From NCBI GenBank assembly GCA_015711955.1, contig MU158684.1, positions 11,815 through 75,814 of the forward strand: DNA of 64,000 nt, written 5' to 3'. The notes beneath the pieces were generated by a model that saw only the letters and a list, made by a program, of their open reading frames with translations, ran no database searches and had not been told where the DNA came from. Numbering within the stretch: the stretch's first letter is position 1; each line of letters starts with the position of its first letter. The translations under genes and the position numbers were made by a program. Below are positions 1-8,513 of this stretch, in pieces. Origin of the DNA: Actinomycetota bacterium (GTDB lineage Bacteria; Actinomycetota; Geothermincolia; Geothermincolales; RBG-13-55-18).

Positions 1-583
1 TTTCCAGCTTATAGTAGGCCTGTTCCAGGTCAGACCCCCAACAAAGGACTCCGTGGTTCTCCAAGAGGACCGCGTCTTGCTCCTCAAGGTAGGGGACCAC
101 TGCCTCTCCCAGCTCTGGGCTTCCAGGCATGCGAAAGGGGACGACGGGCACCTCCCCCAGGAAGATTATGGCCTCAGGCAGAAGGTGGCGGTCCAGCGCC
201 CTTCCTGCCACTGCAAATCCGGTGGCCACCGGCGGGTGGGCGTGCACCACCGCGCCTATGTCCGACCGTTCCCGATAAATTCTCAGGTGCATGGGGGTCT
301 CCGAGGTGGGTACCCCCTCGCCTCCCAGTATGTTTCCCTCAAGGTCCACCTGCAGGATTTGCTCTGGTTTCATGAAACCTTTGCTGACCAGGGTCGGCGT
401 GATGAGCACTCTGTCTTCCGCTAGGCGGGCGCTGATGTTGCCCGAGGTGGCGGAGGCCATGCCCCTCTGCCACATCCTGCGGCCGATCTCGCAAATCTCC
501 TCCCGCAAAGCCCGCTCGTCCATGACCACCTCCTTCGTCGCTATCCCGGATCCTGAACGAATCATATCCGAGCCCGGTGTGGG
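1..583 (-). CDS. Class II aldolase/adducin family protein (L-fuculose-phosphate aldolase-like), C-terminus cut by window edge
   Basis: Reverse-strand translation by eye: MDERALREEICEIGRRMWQRGMASATSGNISARLAEDRVLITP...GAVVHAHPPVATGFA...VLLENHGVLCWG. Has the TSGNIS, HAHPP and ENHG motifs; GGAGGTGG SD before ATG at 583. Absent from the ORF track, probably because it has no stop inside the window. Confidence 0.9.
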
Positions 584-912
584 ATTGGCGCCCAGTCGGG
601 GGATCCGTCTTCCGGCGGGGACGGCCGGGTTTTTCTGGCGGAGATCGCCTGCCTCCTTCCATTCAGTTTCCCTCAATGGGCAGTGTCGGTTGGCGGCGTG
701 CGGGAGCGGGATTTCGCGGCGCGCATGGGCACCCCCTGCGAAGGCGAGTCGGCCTGACTTTCAGGGTAGGCCTCGGTTCAGGGATTTTCAAACCCGAAAC
801 CCTTGCCAGTTTGGGTTTTTGAAAAGGGTTTTCGGGCAAGGGTCGTCGCGCGTGGGAAAGGTCGTTGAGCACATGGAGGTCTTCGTGCACGTAAAGGTCG
901 CCGCGCCTCAGG

Positions 913-1398
913 TTAGAAGATCCTCCTTTTCCACCACTTCTCTTTCTTGGCTGGCTTGGTCGGAGTCACCCTCACCCTCACCTTCTGCGTTGTCTCTTCA
1001 GGATATCCCGCGAAAGCCTCTTCCTCACTAGCGGAGGCTTTCCTGTCCTCCTCGTGTAACACCAAGGCCGCTATCACCTTGATGGGGCTGTCCTTCAACC
1101 TTCCCAGCGCGTCCTCCCATCCGCTGCGGGGACAGCCCATCTCCTCGTATACCTCTTGCAGGTGTTCGGCGAGGACGAAAGCCAGGGGTTTGACCTGGGT
1201 TTCATAGACGCTGAGCTCCTCGTCGCCGAACTCTTCGAAGGGCGTGTCGAGGAGGCTCAATATTCGGAAGGGGATGTCCATTCCCTTCTGTTTCAGTTTG
1301 CGTTCCAGTTTTCTCGTGAAAATGCAGCGGTGACGCACTCTGGTAGATACCGGACCCCCATCCTGGCGTGCCTGGGTGGACTCCTCTGAGAAGGACAT
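913..1398 (-). CDS. Hypothetical protein, charged; start reassigned to MSFSEE
   Basis: Open frame with an AGGAGG-like SD (aaaggagggttgcgcg) before ATG 1398; the N-terminal extension of the 913..1551 ORF looks non-coding. Confidence 0.55.
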   Translation of the reverse strand: MSFSEESTQARQDGGPVSTRVRHRCIFTRKLERKLKQKGMDIPFRILSLLDTPFEEFGDEELSVYETQVKPLAFVLAEHLQEVYEEMGCPRSGWEDALGRLKDSPIKVIAALVLHEEDRKASASEEEAFAGYPEETTQKVRVRVTPTKPAKKEKWWKRRIF

Positions 1399-1757
1399 CG
1401 CGCAACCCTCCTTTTGCTTCCTCGCTATAATGCCTATCGGCAGGGGGGTGGGCGTGCTGTAGCGTTGGCTGCGCCTGCGGCTCACGGTTTTCCGCCGGTG
1501 GGTCCAATGGTCCGGTGAGAGGCTGCGTTGAGGGGGCGAGAGGTTACCCATGGGTTCCCTGACTGTCCCCGGTGGCCCGAGAACTCCCCCGCACCACGGC
1601 GGGGTGCCGAGAGCCGGGAGCGTTGGTGAGTGGACGGACCGGGAGGGAGGAATGTTTCCGAACGGGTGCCCTCCTTTTATTCATGACCGGTCGAACTTAT
1701 AATTTCCTCGGTCCCCGTAGACGGCTCCGACTCGCTCTCGGTGGAGGGAACGGTGAG

Positions 1758-2462
1758 ATGGGAGATCTCCCGGCGCACATCGGCATCATCATGGACGGCA
1801 ACGGAAGATGGGCCAAGTTGCGAGGCCTGCCCCGCATCGAGGGACACCGATGCGGGGAGGAGTCCATAATGGTGACCGTGAGGGCATGCGCGCGCTTGGG
1901 GGTTAAGTACCTGTCGCTGTTCGCCTTCTCCACCGAGAACTGGGAAAGACCGGAGGAAGAGGTGGCCTTCTTGGTGGGGATGAGCCGTGACATGTTGCGC
2001 CGCCGCTTGGACGAGTTCATGAGTCTGGGCGTCAGGATGCGTCACTTGGGGCGCAGGGACGGCATACCCGATCACATCTTGGCCTGGTTCGACCTAGCCG
2101 AGAAGGCCACCGCAGCGAACGAGGGCCTCACGCTGTGTATAAATTTCAACTACGGAGGCAGGGGGGAGATCCTGGACGCGGCGGCGCGCCTCGCGGGAAA
2201 CGCGCGGCGCGAGGAGATAATGCCTGAGGAATTGGACGAGGAACTCGTCAAAAGCGAGTTTTATTTTCCCGGCCTGCCCGACATCGACTTGCTGATAAGG
2301 ACGGCGGGCGAGATGAGGATAAGCAACTTCATGCTTTGGCACTGCGCGAATTCCTACATCCACGTCTCTCCGGTCCTCTGGCCCGACTTCCGAGAGCCAC
2401 ACCTAAAGGAGGCCATCGACCACTACAAGAGGATTAGCGAGGAGTCGGAGAGCGATTTTTAG
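1758..2462 (+). CDS. uppS: Isoprenyl transferase (cis-prenyltransferase, undecaprenyl diphosphate synthase family)
   Basis: HIGIIMDGNGRWAKLRGLPRIEGHRCG ... FAFSTENW ... DLLIRTAGEMRISNFMLW ... VLWPDF family motifs; likely start ATG 1758. Confidence 0.85.
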   Translation: MGDLPAHIGIIMDGNGRWAKLRGLPRIEGHRCGEESIMVTVRACARLGVKYLSLFAFSTENWERPEEEVAFLVGMSRDMLRRRLDEFMSLGVRMRHLGRRDGIPDHILAWFDLAEKATAANEGLTLCINFNYGGRGEILDAAARLAGNARREEIMPEELDEELVKSEFYFPGLPDIDLLIRTAGEMRISNFMLWHCANSYIHVSPVLWPDFREPHLKEAIDHYKRISEESESDF

Positions 2463-3040
2463 GGACTCAATTTTTGATATGAATCGGTATTACGCGCAAG
2501 TGAGGCGCAAGTTGGGTGCGGGCCGGGGGACTGCCGCTTCTTGGGCTCATCACAAAGCGCAGCGAACGTGATCTGGTATTTTCAGGAAAGTCAAGGCTCG
2601 ATCTGCACGCACGAATCCGTTGGGGTTTTTCTGTATGTAGAAAACCTACCGGCCAAGCTCCTTTTGAGAAAAGCTCATCCCGTAACAGCTCGCAGCAAAT
2701 CCGTCTTATTTCGTGTCTTTCATTAATATGATAAATATTAGGGACATGGTCTTGAAAAATATAAAAGTCAGGTGTATAAAAAGTAGGATCTCGTATATTT
2801 ATGAAAACGGAGCTTTGATAAGAAAAAATACATCAAAACACTTGTAGACAAAAAAATGGGTTCATGCGAGTAAAAAGCGGGAAAGGTGATGGTTGACAAC
2901 GGTGACCGAGGCCGATACGTAAGACACAAGGAGAGCGACGTAACCAGGGAGTTTTCGGTGTGGCCGGGCGGTCACGTTAGTTGAAATACCCGTGATTGAC
3001 GGGACAAGGAGAACCGGGTGAGGCGAAAGGAGAGATGGAG

Positions 3041-3358
3041 ATGCCAAGGACTGCGACGAAAAAGAACCAGGCCAAGAAGGCGGAGACGAAAGCCGCTGCG
3101 AGGAAGGCCACAACCGGCAAGGCCGCTGCGCGGACGGCCAGGGCTTTGGCCAAGGAGATAAAGCCCAGGAGGATACGCACCGGAAAGGTGGGGGCCCCTC
3201 GGGTGGACATCAAGAAATCCGATCTCCGCGTGCTTCTCAGGGAGGGACTGACCCTCAGGGAGATCGCCCAGATCTATCAATGCCATCCCTCCACCATTTC
3301 CAAGCGCAAGAAGGAATTCGGGATAAACGTTCCTCCTCGCCGGAGGGCGAGGGGCTGA
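3041..3358 (+). CDS. Lys/Ala/Arg-rich tail fused to a small helix-turn-helix domain protein
   Basis: MPRTATKKNQAKKAETKAAARKATTGKAAARTARALAKE... then LRVLLREGLTLREIAQIYQCHPSTISKRKKEFGI (HTH); AAAGGAG SD upstream of ATG 3041. Confidence 0.7.
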   Translation: MPRTATKKNQAKKAETKAAARKATTGKAAARTARALAKEIKPRRIRTGKVGAPRVDIKKSDLRVLLREGLTLREIAQIYQCHPSTISKRKKEFGINVPPRRRARG

Positions 3359-3438
3359 TGGATTGCGCCAAGCAGGCGGGGTGGGGCTGATATTTTGTTC
3401 CCTGGCTCCCCTACGGGAGTGGGGATATACTTTTCTCG

Positions 3439-3819
3439 ATGGAAGGGAAGAAGATCCTCGTGGTGGAGGACGACCAGTCCTGGGCGCGCCTGATGGAGAT
3501 AATGCTGGGCGGCCGTGGGGTGAAAGTCGTCCTCTGCCCTTCTCCCCTCAACGCCGTGGAATTGGCTAAAAGGATCCACCCCGACTTGGTCGTTTTGGAC
3601 ATACACCTGCCGCGGTTCAGCGGGATTTGGGTGCTGAGAAGGCTTCGTCAAGCGGAGGAGACCAGGGGTATACCGGTGCTGGTCTCCTCCATACTTTCCA
3701 GTGAGCGAAGGATCAGGCAGTTGGAGAAGATGGGCAGGACCTATTTCGTGCCCAAGAGCAAGGGGTTTGGTGCCCTTTTGGACAGGATCGAGGAGATAAT
3801 TGGCGGATCGGTGCGGTGA
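3439..3819 (+). CDS. Response regulator receiver domain protein (stand-alone REC)
   Basis: KKILVVEDDQSWARLME...HPDLVVLDIHLPRFSGIWVLRRLR...IPVLVSSIL; phosphoacceptor D and K-containing C-terminal motif. Confidence 0.85.
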   Translation: MEGKKILVVEDDQSWARLMEIMLGGRGVKVVLCPSPLNAVELAKRIHPDLVVLDIHLPRFSGIWVLRRLRQAEETRGIPVLVSSILSSERRIRQLEKMGRTYFVPKSKGFGALLDRIEEIIGGSVR

Positions 3820-3948
3820 GGTGGGCGGGCCCGAGCCGGCGAAGGCCGATGTATGGTCGAAGGGCGTCCCCTGTGGTTTCGGTGGTTCCCGGGTTGTGTC
3901 AAGCGTCGTCCGGGTGAGCGCATTTTATCCAGTCTGGAGGTGAGGCGC

Positions 3949-4545
3949 GTGGAGGTCATGGAGGCGATAGCCGCAAGGAGGAGCATCCGCAGGTATTCGT
4001 CTCGTCCGGTGTCGGAAGGTTTGATCCGTCAAATACTGGAAGCGGGCAGACTCGCCCCCTCTGCCAGCAACCTCCAGACTTGGAAATTCAAGGTAGTAAC
4101 CGAACCCCATATCAGGAAGGCCTTGAGGGAGGCCGCTTACGACCAGCGCTTCGTGGAGGAGGCGCCGGTGGTGATAGTGGCCTGTGCCGACCTCGTCGCC
4201 CTGGGAGACCGCCTGAAGAGGACCCTCGAGCTCCTGAGGGCAGGCGCGGTGAAACCCAGCGCCGGCATGATCCTGTGGTATGTCCGCCAGAGGGGGAGCA
4301 AGGAAGAGGCCAGGGGATTCCTGCACGCGGTGATCAACGTCACCATCGCCGTTCAGAACATGGTGCTCGCCGCCACTTCCCTGGGCCTGGGAACCTGTTG
4401 GGTGAGGGCCTTCGAGGAGGAGAAGGTGGCCAAAGTCCTCCGCCTCCCGCCGGAGTATCCCCCCATATTCCTGCTGCCATTGGGATACCCGGCGGAAAGT
4501 CCTCGGCCCAGACCGAGAAGGCCCCTGGAGGAGATACTCCTTTGA
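3949..4545 (+). CDS. Nitroreductase family protein
   Basis: MEVMEAIAARRSIRRYSSRPVSEGLIRQILEAGRLAPSASNLQTWKF ... QNMVLAATSLGLGTCWV. Confidence 0.88.
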   Translation: MEVMEAIAARRSIRRYSSRPVSEGLIRQILEAGRLAPSASNLQTWKFKVVTEPHIRKALREAAYDQRFVEEAPVVIVACADLVALGDRLKRTLELLRAGAVKPSAGMILWYVRQRGSKEEARGFLHAVINVTIAVQNMVLAATSLGLGTCWVRAFEEEKVAKVLRLPPEYPPIFLLPLGYPAESPRPRPRRPLEEILL

Positions 4546-4560
4546 CGGGGCAGGCGTTAA

Positions 4561-4615
4561 GGTGACGTTTAAATCACAAAGGTGACATTTAGATCAATCG
4601 GTGACATTTAAATCA
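4561..4615. repeat. Three tandem-spaced direct repeats GGTGAC(A/G)TTTA(A/G)ATCA, period 19-20 bp
   Basis: 4561-4576 GGTGACGTTTAAATCA; 4581-4596 GGTGACATTTAGATCA; 4600-4615 GGTGACATTTAAATCA. Confidence 0.9.
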
Positions 4616-4670
4616 ATTGCACCGCGCACTCGCTGAAAAAGGCCCAGGCGGCGAGTCCGCTCCCCGCTTT

Positions 4671-5603
4671 TCAGGCTCTCTCCTTCTCCCTTTGAGAGGC
4701 GAACCACTCGGACAGCTGGCAGATGGGGCATAGGGGCTGCGAGGTCGGTTCTCCGCAGCTGGGACATGCGCCGGTGGGTCTCCACATGTACTCCTCACGA
4801 GGCGGCATGATCTCCATTAGCGACAGGAGAAGCTGCAGCTTTCCCGAGGGAACCGTCTTTTCGAGGGTCTCGAAGACCTCCTTCAGGGAATGTCCTTTGG
4901 GCGACCACACGGGGCATTTCTCGGGAAAGTGGGGTATGTCCCGCAACAAACAGTACTGAAGGGTGTGCCTCTCCGAGGTGAACATGATGGGTTTGACCTT
5001 CTTGGGCAGGTCGCCGATGGGGTCCAGTACCGGCGGTGGCAGGTAATGGCGGCGGGAAAGAAGGTTTTTGAAGGCGAAAAGGAGCATGTCCTCCAGGGTA
5101 TGGGCTGTGGCCAGAACGTTGGCCCCCGAGGCTCTTGCTTCCCTGTTCATGAGTGCTCTCTTGATGGCACCGCAAACGGCGCAGGGTTTCCAGCCCTTCA
5201 CCTTGGCCACCCTCAGGCCCAGCTCCCCTATGCGTACCACCCTCAGATCCACCCCCGCTTTGGAGGCCTGCTCCTCCACCAACGCCAGGTTGCGGTCGGA
5301 GAAATCGCCCATGTTCAGGTGGAAGTGGGTGGCGAGGAGGTCGAATCCCATGGAGGCAGAAAGCCTTTTGAGGGCAAAGAGCAGCGCCGCGGAGTCCTTA
5401 CCGCCCGAAAGGGCCACCAGCACCCGGTCACCCTCGCCGATCATGTCATATTTTTCCAGAGCGCGCCTGACCCTCCTCTCGAAGAAGCGGGGATAACAAG
5501 GAAGGCATACCTTCAAGTTGAACTCGGTGATCCTCATAACTTGGGCGGAAGAACCGCAAATGCGGCACTTGCCCTCCGCCATCGGATAAATCACCTTTTC
5601 CAT
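4671..5603 (-). CDS. PP-loop ATPase of the TtcA/TtuA (tRNA 2-thiolation) family with N- and C-terminal zinc ribbons
   Basis: VLVALSGGKDSAALLFAL P-loop; N-terminal CRICG and C-terminal CPSCGEP..CPIC; KPCAVCGAIKRALMNREA and ATAHTLEDM. Confidence 0.82.
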   Translation of the reverse strand: MEKVIYPMAEGKCRICGSSAQVMRITEFNLKVCLPCYPRFFERRVRRALEKYDMIGEGDRVLVALSGGKDSAALLFALKRLSASMGFDLLATHFHLNMGDFSDRNLALVEEQASKAGVDLRVVRIGELGLRVAKVKGWKPCAVCGAIKRALMNREARASGANVLATAHTLEDMLLFAFKNLLSRRHYLPPPVLDPIGDLPKKVKPIMFTSERHTLQYCLLRDIPHFPEKCPVWSPKGHSLKEVFETLEKTVPSGKLQLLLSLMEIMPPREEYMWRPTGACPSCGEPTSQPLCPICQLSEWFASQREKERA

Positions 5604-6047
5604 CCCATCACCCCACTCGCTTGCGGACGTTTCCTCTTGTGGGAAACCGAATAGTAGGCTCCCACCCTCCCTCGGAGCCCCTCACCCTCTCAGAGGATCC
5701 CCCTTCCACCCTGTCCGGGGGTCCCCCTTCAGTAAAACCGTCTTCCGATAGGGTTCTCGGTGCTCCGCAACGAGTCTCGGGTCTCTTGATCGCAGGGCTC
5801 GTTTGAGAGGTCACCACGCTCCCCGAAGACCTCTCCGTGCCCCAAAGAACCTCTGCCCTTTGACCCTCCGTGTCGTGGGCGTTCTCCCGCGCGCCATTTT
5901 ACGGGCATCCTAACCCAGAAGCGAGCCCGACACCCGTGTATCCTGTGGGTTTCGGGAAGGACACGCCATACGGACCGCACTGGGACCACAAAATAAATAG
6001 CAGACATCCGGTTCCTTGTGAACGATGCGATCGTCCAAAGTCGCCTC

Positions 6048-8513
6048 TCAGGGAAATGGACCGTCGTCTTTCCCGGTTGGGTTTAGGCGGGGAAACCGGA
6101 TGCGCAGGACCTTTCCCATGCCAAGGCTTTCCAGGCTCCCACCCATGAGCCCCACAAACCGTCTTGCCAGGGTGAGACCCAAGTCTTCCCGAGCCTCGTT
6201 TTCGCGGGCATTTTCCATGGTTCCCGTTGCGCCTTCGCCCTTCTCGCTGGACAGGACCGTGATCTGCGTCCCTTCTTCCCCTTTGCGCCAGACGAGAAGG
6301 ATCCTAGCCGGTGGCGAGGCAGGCCACGAAAGGGTGGCGAGGCGGATCGCCTGGGCCAGGCGTTCCGGGTCCACGACCACCGAACCACCTTCGCCATCTT
6401 CCTCCACCTCGGTTTCCACCTCTCCCACGGCCGCCGTTCGCAGCAAGTCCGCCACGTCCTCGGGGCTCAGTTCGCATAGGGCGAGGGACGTCTTGCCCGC
6501 CTCCACCCTCATGAGGTCGAGGAGCGCCTCCGTGAGCTCTCCCAATTCGCTGGCCCGCTGGAGGATCTGTATGCCCACCTCGCGCACCCTTGTCTCGGAA
6601 AAGGTGGAGTGGAGCTCCAGGGAAAGGTCCCTGATGGTCTGCAGGGGTCCTATCATGCCTTTCCCCGCCGTCTCCAGCAGTCGGGAAGCTTCCCGGTCCC
6701 GTTCCCTGGCAACCCTCAGCGATTCCCTCAGCTGATCCAACTGCTCCTCCAGAAGGCGGGTTTCCCGTTCCACGGCCATGACGAAGAAGGATATGAGTAC
6801 CAAGGAAAAGGCGTGGGTCGCGAGGACCATCGCGTCGCGAGCGGGGGACACAGCGGAGGGTACCAGGTACGCCAGCAGGGAACAGGTCAAGATAAAGATG
6901 TTCAGGCCCATCTGCCCTGATCTTGCGAGGTGGGTCGCGGAGGTCAGGATGGGGGGGAAGGAAAGGAGCGCTCCCCTCTCCAGTGCCGCCACCCAATAGG
7001 CAAGAAGGAGGAAGAGCGCCGCTGACCTCAGGGCGTGGAGAAGGTGGCCGGCGTTGCGATCGGGTCTTGTGACAAGGAGGGAGAGCAGAAGGACCAAGAG
7101 GTATGAGAGGGCCTTGCCGGGGCGGAGGGGCCCCGCGTGGCCGAAAAGGGCGAGCACGCCGAGGTAGAAGAGGAGGAACAGGGGCAGGTGGCCTACATGA
7201 CCCTTAATAGGGTGGTTATTCCTCCCCACCTTGACTCTCCCCTCGGGGCGTTGCGGGGTTCGCGCCGGCTCCTCGGATATGGGCAGGAGGAGGGTGAAGG
7301 TCGACCCCTTGCCCGGAGAGGTCACCACTCGGACGGTCCCGCCGTGAGAATCCGCGACTCCCTTGACCACTGCCAGTCCCAAGCCCGCTCCTCTGGGGTC
7401 CACCTCCCTTGAGCCGGTTCCCCTTCGAAAGGAGTGGAATATGAAGGCCAGCTCCTCCCGGGGAATGCCTGGGCCTCGGTCGGTCACCGAAACGTAAGCA
7501 TATCTCTCCGTGGAACCCACCCTCACCGTCACCACCTCCCCGGGAGGAGAGAACTTGATGGCGTTGGAGATGAGGTTGCCCAGCGCCAGTTGGACCATGG
7601 TGGGATCGGCGAGGATTATAGGGACTTCTCCGGAGCGCTCCAACCTCACTGAGACCTCATCCCGGAGCATGGAGGAGGCCTCGCATACCTCGGCCGCCAA
7701 CCGATCGAGCTCCAGCGGTTCCTTTCTCGGCGCGATCTCGCTCTCCACCCGGCAGAGATCCAAAAGCCCGGAAGCCAACCGAAGCATCCTTTCGGAGTTC
7801 TCCCCGATGATACGGGCGAACTCGTCCACTTTCTTGCCCGGCGGTTTCCTGGAGGAAAGTATCTCGGCGAAACCCTGCATGGACGTGAGGGGGGTTCGTA
7901 GCTCGTGGGAAACGGCGGAGATCCGCTCTGACTTTTCCCTTCCCCTTTCCAGGTGCCTTTCCAACTCCAGGGAAAGGGTTTCCCTGGTGCCCTCGATTTC
8001 CAGGATCTCCCTGCGCATGTCCATACCCAGCAAGACGCCCGCAAGGAACCACCCCGATCTTACCGCGGTTACCGCCCAATCGCCGCCCCTATGAGCCGAG
8101 ATCGTTACCGCTAAGGCGGTTGAGAGGATCAGCCAGAGGGATAAGGCGCAACGGTGGTCCAAGGAGACTCCGGCCAGAAGACAGCAGAAGAAGGCCATGG
8201 GGAAAAATGGGCTCTCGACCCCTCCGCCGAATGCCACGGCCAACACCGACAGGATGGACAAGGCCACAGCGCTTCCCAGGAACTGCGGCATGCCGGTGAG
8301 TGTCTCCCCTTCCCGGGGGAACCTCACCCGCACGGCGTGGTGCAGCAGGGCGAGCACCGCCAGGGAGATGGCGACGGCGTATAGGGCGGAGCGGTCGGTG
8401 TTCACTCGAGAGGGAAGGGATATGGCCAAGAGCAGACACGGCACGGCGGCCGCCGCTAAGAGGGAGAGTGCCCTGGATATCCTCCGCTCAAGGGGCATCT
8501 TCCTCCTCCCCAA
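6048..8513 (-). CDS. Membrane sensor histidine kinase fused to a second membrane region plus a degenerate histidine-kinase module
   Basis: First half: TM segments, ISAVSHELRTPLTSMQGFAEIL, NLISNAIKFSPPG, VTDRGPGIPREE, GAGLGLAVVKGVADSHGG. Second half: hydrophobic stretches then HK-like sequence without H, N or G1 boxes. Confidence 0.88.
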   Translation of the reverse strand: MGRRKMPLERRISRALSLLAAAAVPCLLLAISLPSRVNTDRSALYAVAISLAVLALLHHAVRVRFPREGETLTGMPQFLGSAVALSILSVLAVAFGGGVESPFFPMAFFCCLLAGVSLDHRCALSLWLILSTALAVTISAHRGGDWAVTAVRSGWFLAGVLLGMDMRREILEIEGTRETLSLELERHLERGREKSERISAVSHELRTPLTSMQGFAEILSSRKPPGKKVDEFARIIGENSERMLRLASGLLDLCRVESEIAPRKEPLELDRLAAEVCEASSMLRDEVSVRLERSGEVPIILADPTMVQLALGNLISNAIKFSPPGEVVTVRVGSTERYAYVSVTDRGPGIPREELAFIFHSFRRGTGSREVDPRGAGLGLAVVKGVADSHGGTVRVVTSPGKGSTFTLLLPISEEPARTPQRPEGRVKVGRNNHPIKGHVGHLPLFLLFYLGVLALFGHAGPLRPGKALSYLLVLLLSLLVTRPDRNAGHLLHALRSAALFLLLAYWVAALERGALLSFPPILTSATHLARSGQMGLNIFILTCSLLAYLVPSAVSPARDAMVLATHAFSLVLISFFVMAVERETRLLEEQLDQLRESLRVARERDREASRLLETAGKGMIGPLQTIRDLSLELHSTFSETRVREVGIQILQRASELGELTEALLDLMRVEAGKTSLALCELSPEDVADLLRTAAVGEVETEVEEDGEGGSVVVDPERLAQAIRLATLSWPASPPARILLVWRKGEEGTQITVLSSEKGEGATGTMENARENEAREDLGLTLARRFVGLMGGSLESLGMGKVLRIRFPRLNPTGKDDGPFP

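Noticed and set aside
291-1031. 246-aa plus-strand ORF
   Set aside because: Antisense to the class II aldolase gene and the next minus-strand ORF; low-complexity Arg/Ser/Pro composition typical of GC-rich shadow ORFs.
5604-6047. Small ORFs in the gap between the TtcA-like and kinase genes
   Set aside because: Overlapping, opposite-strand, low-complexity ORFs without SD sites or motifs; treated as noncoding.
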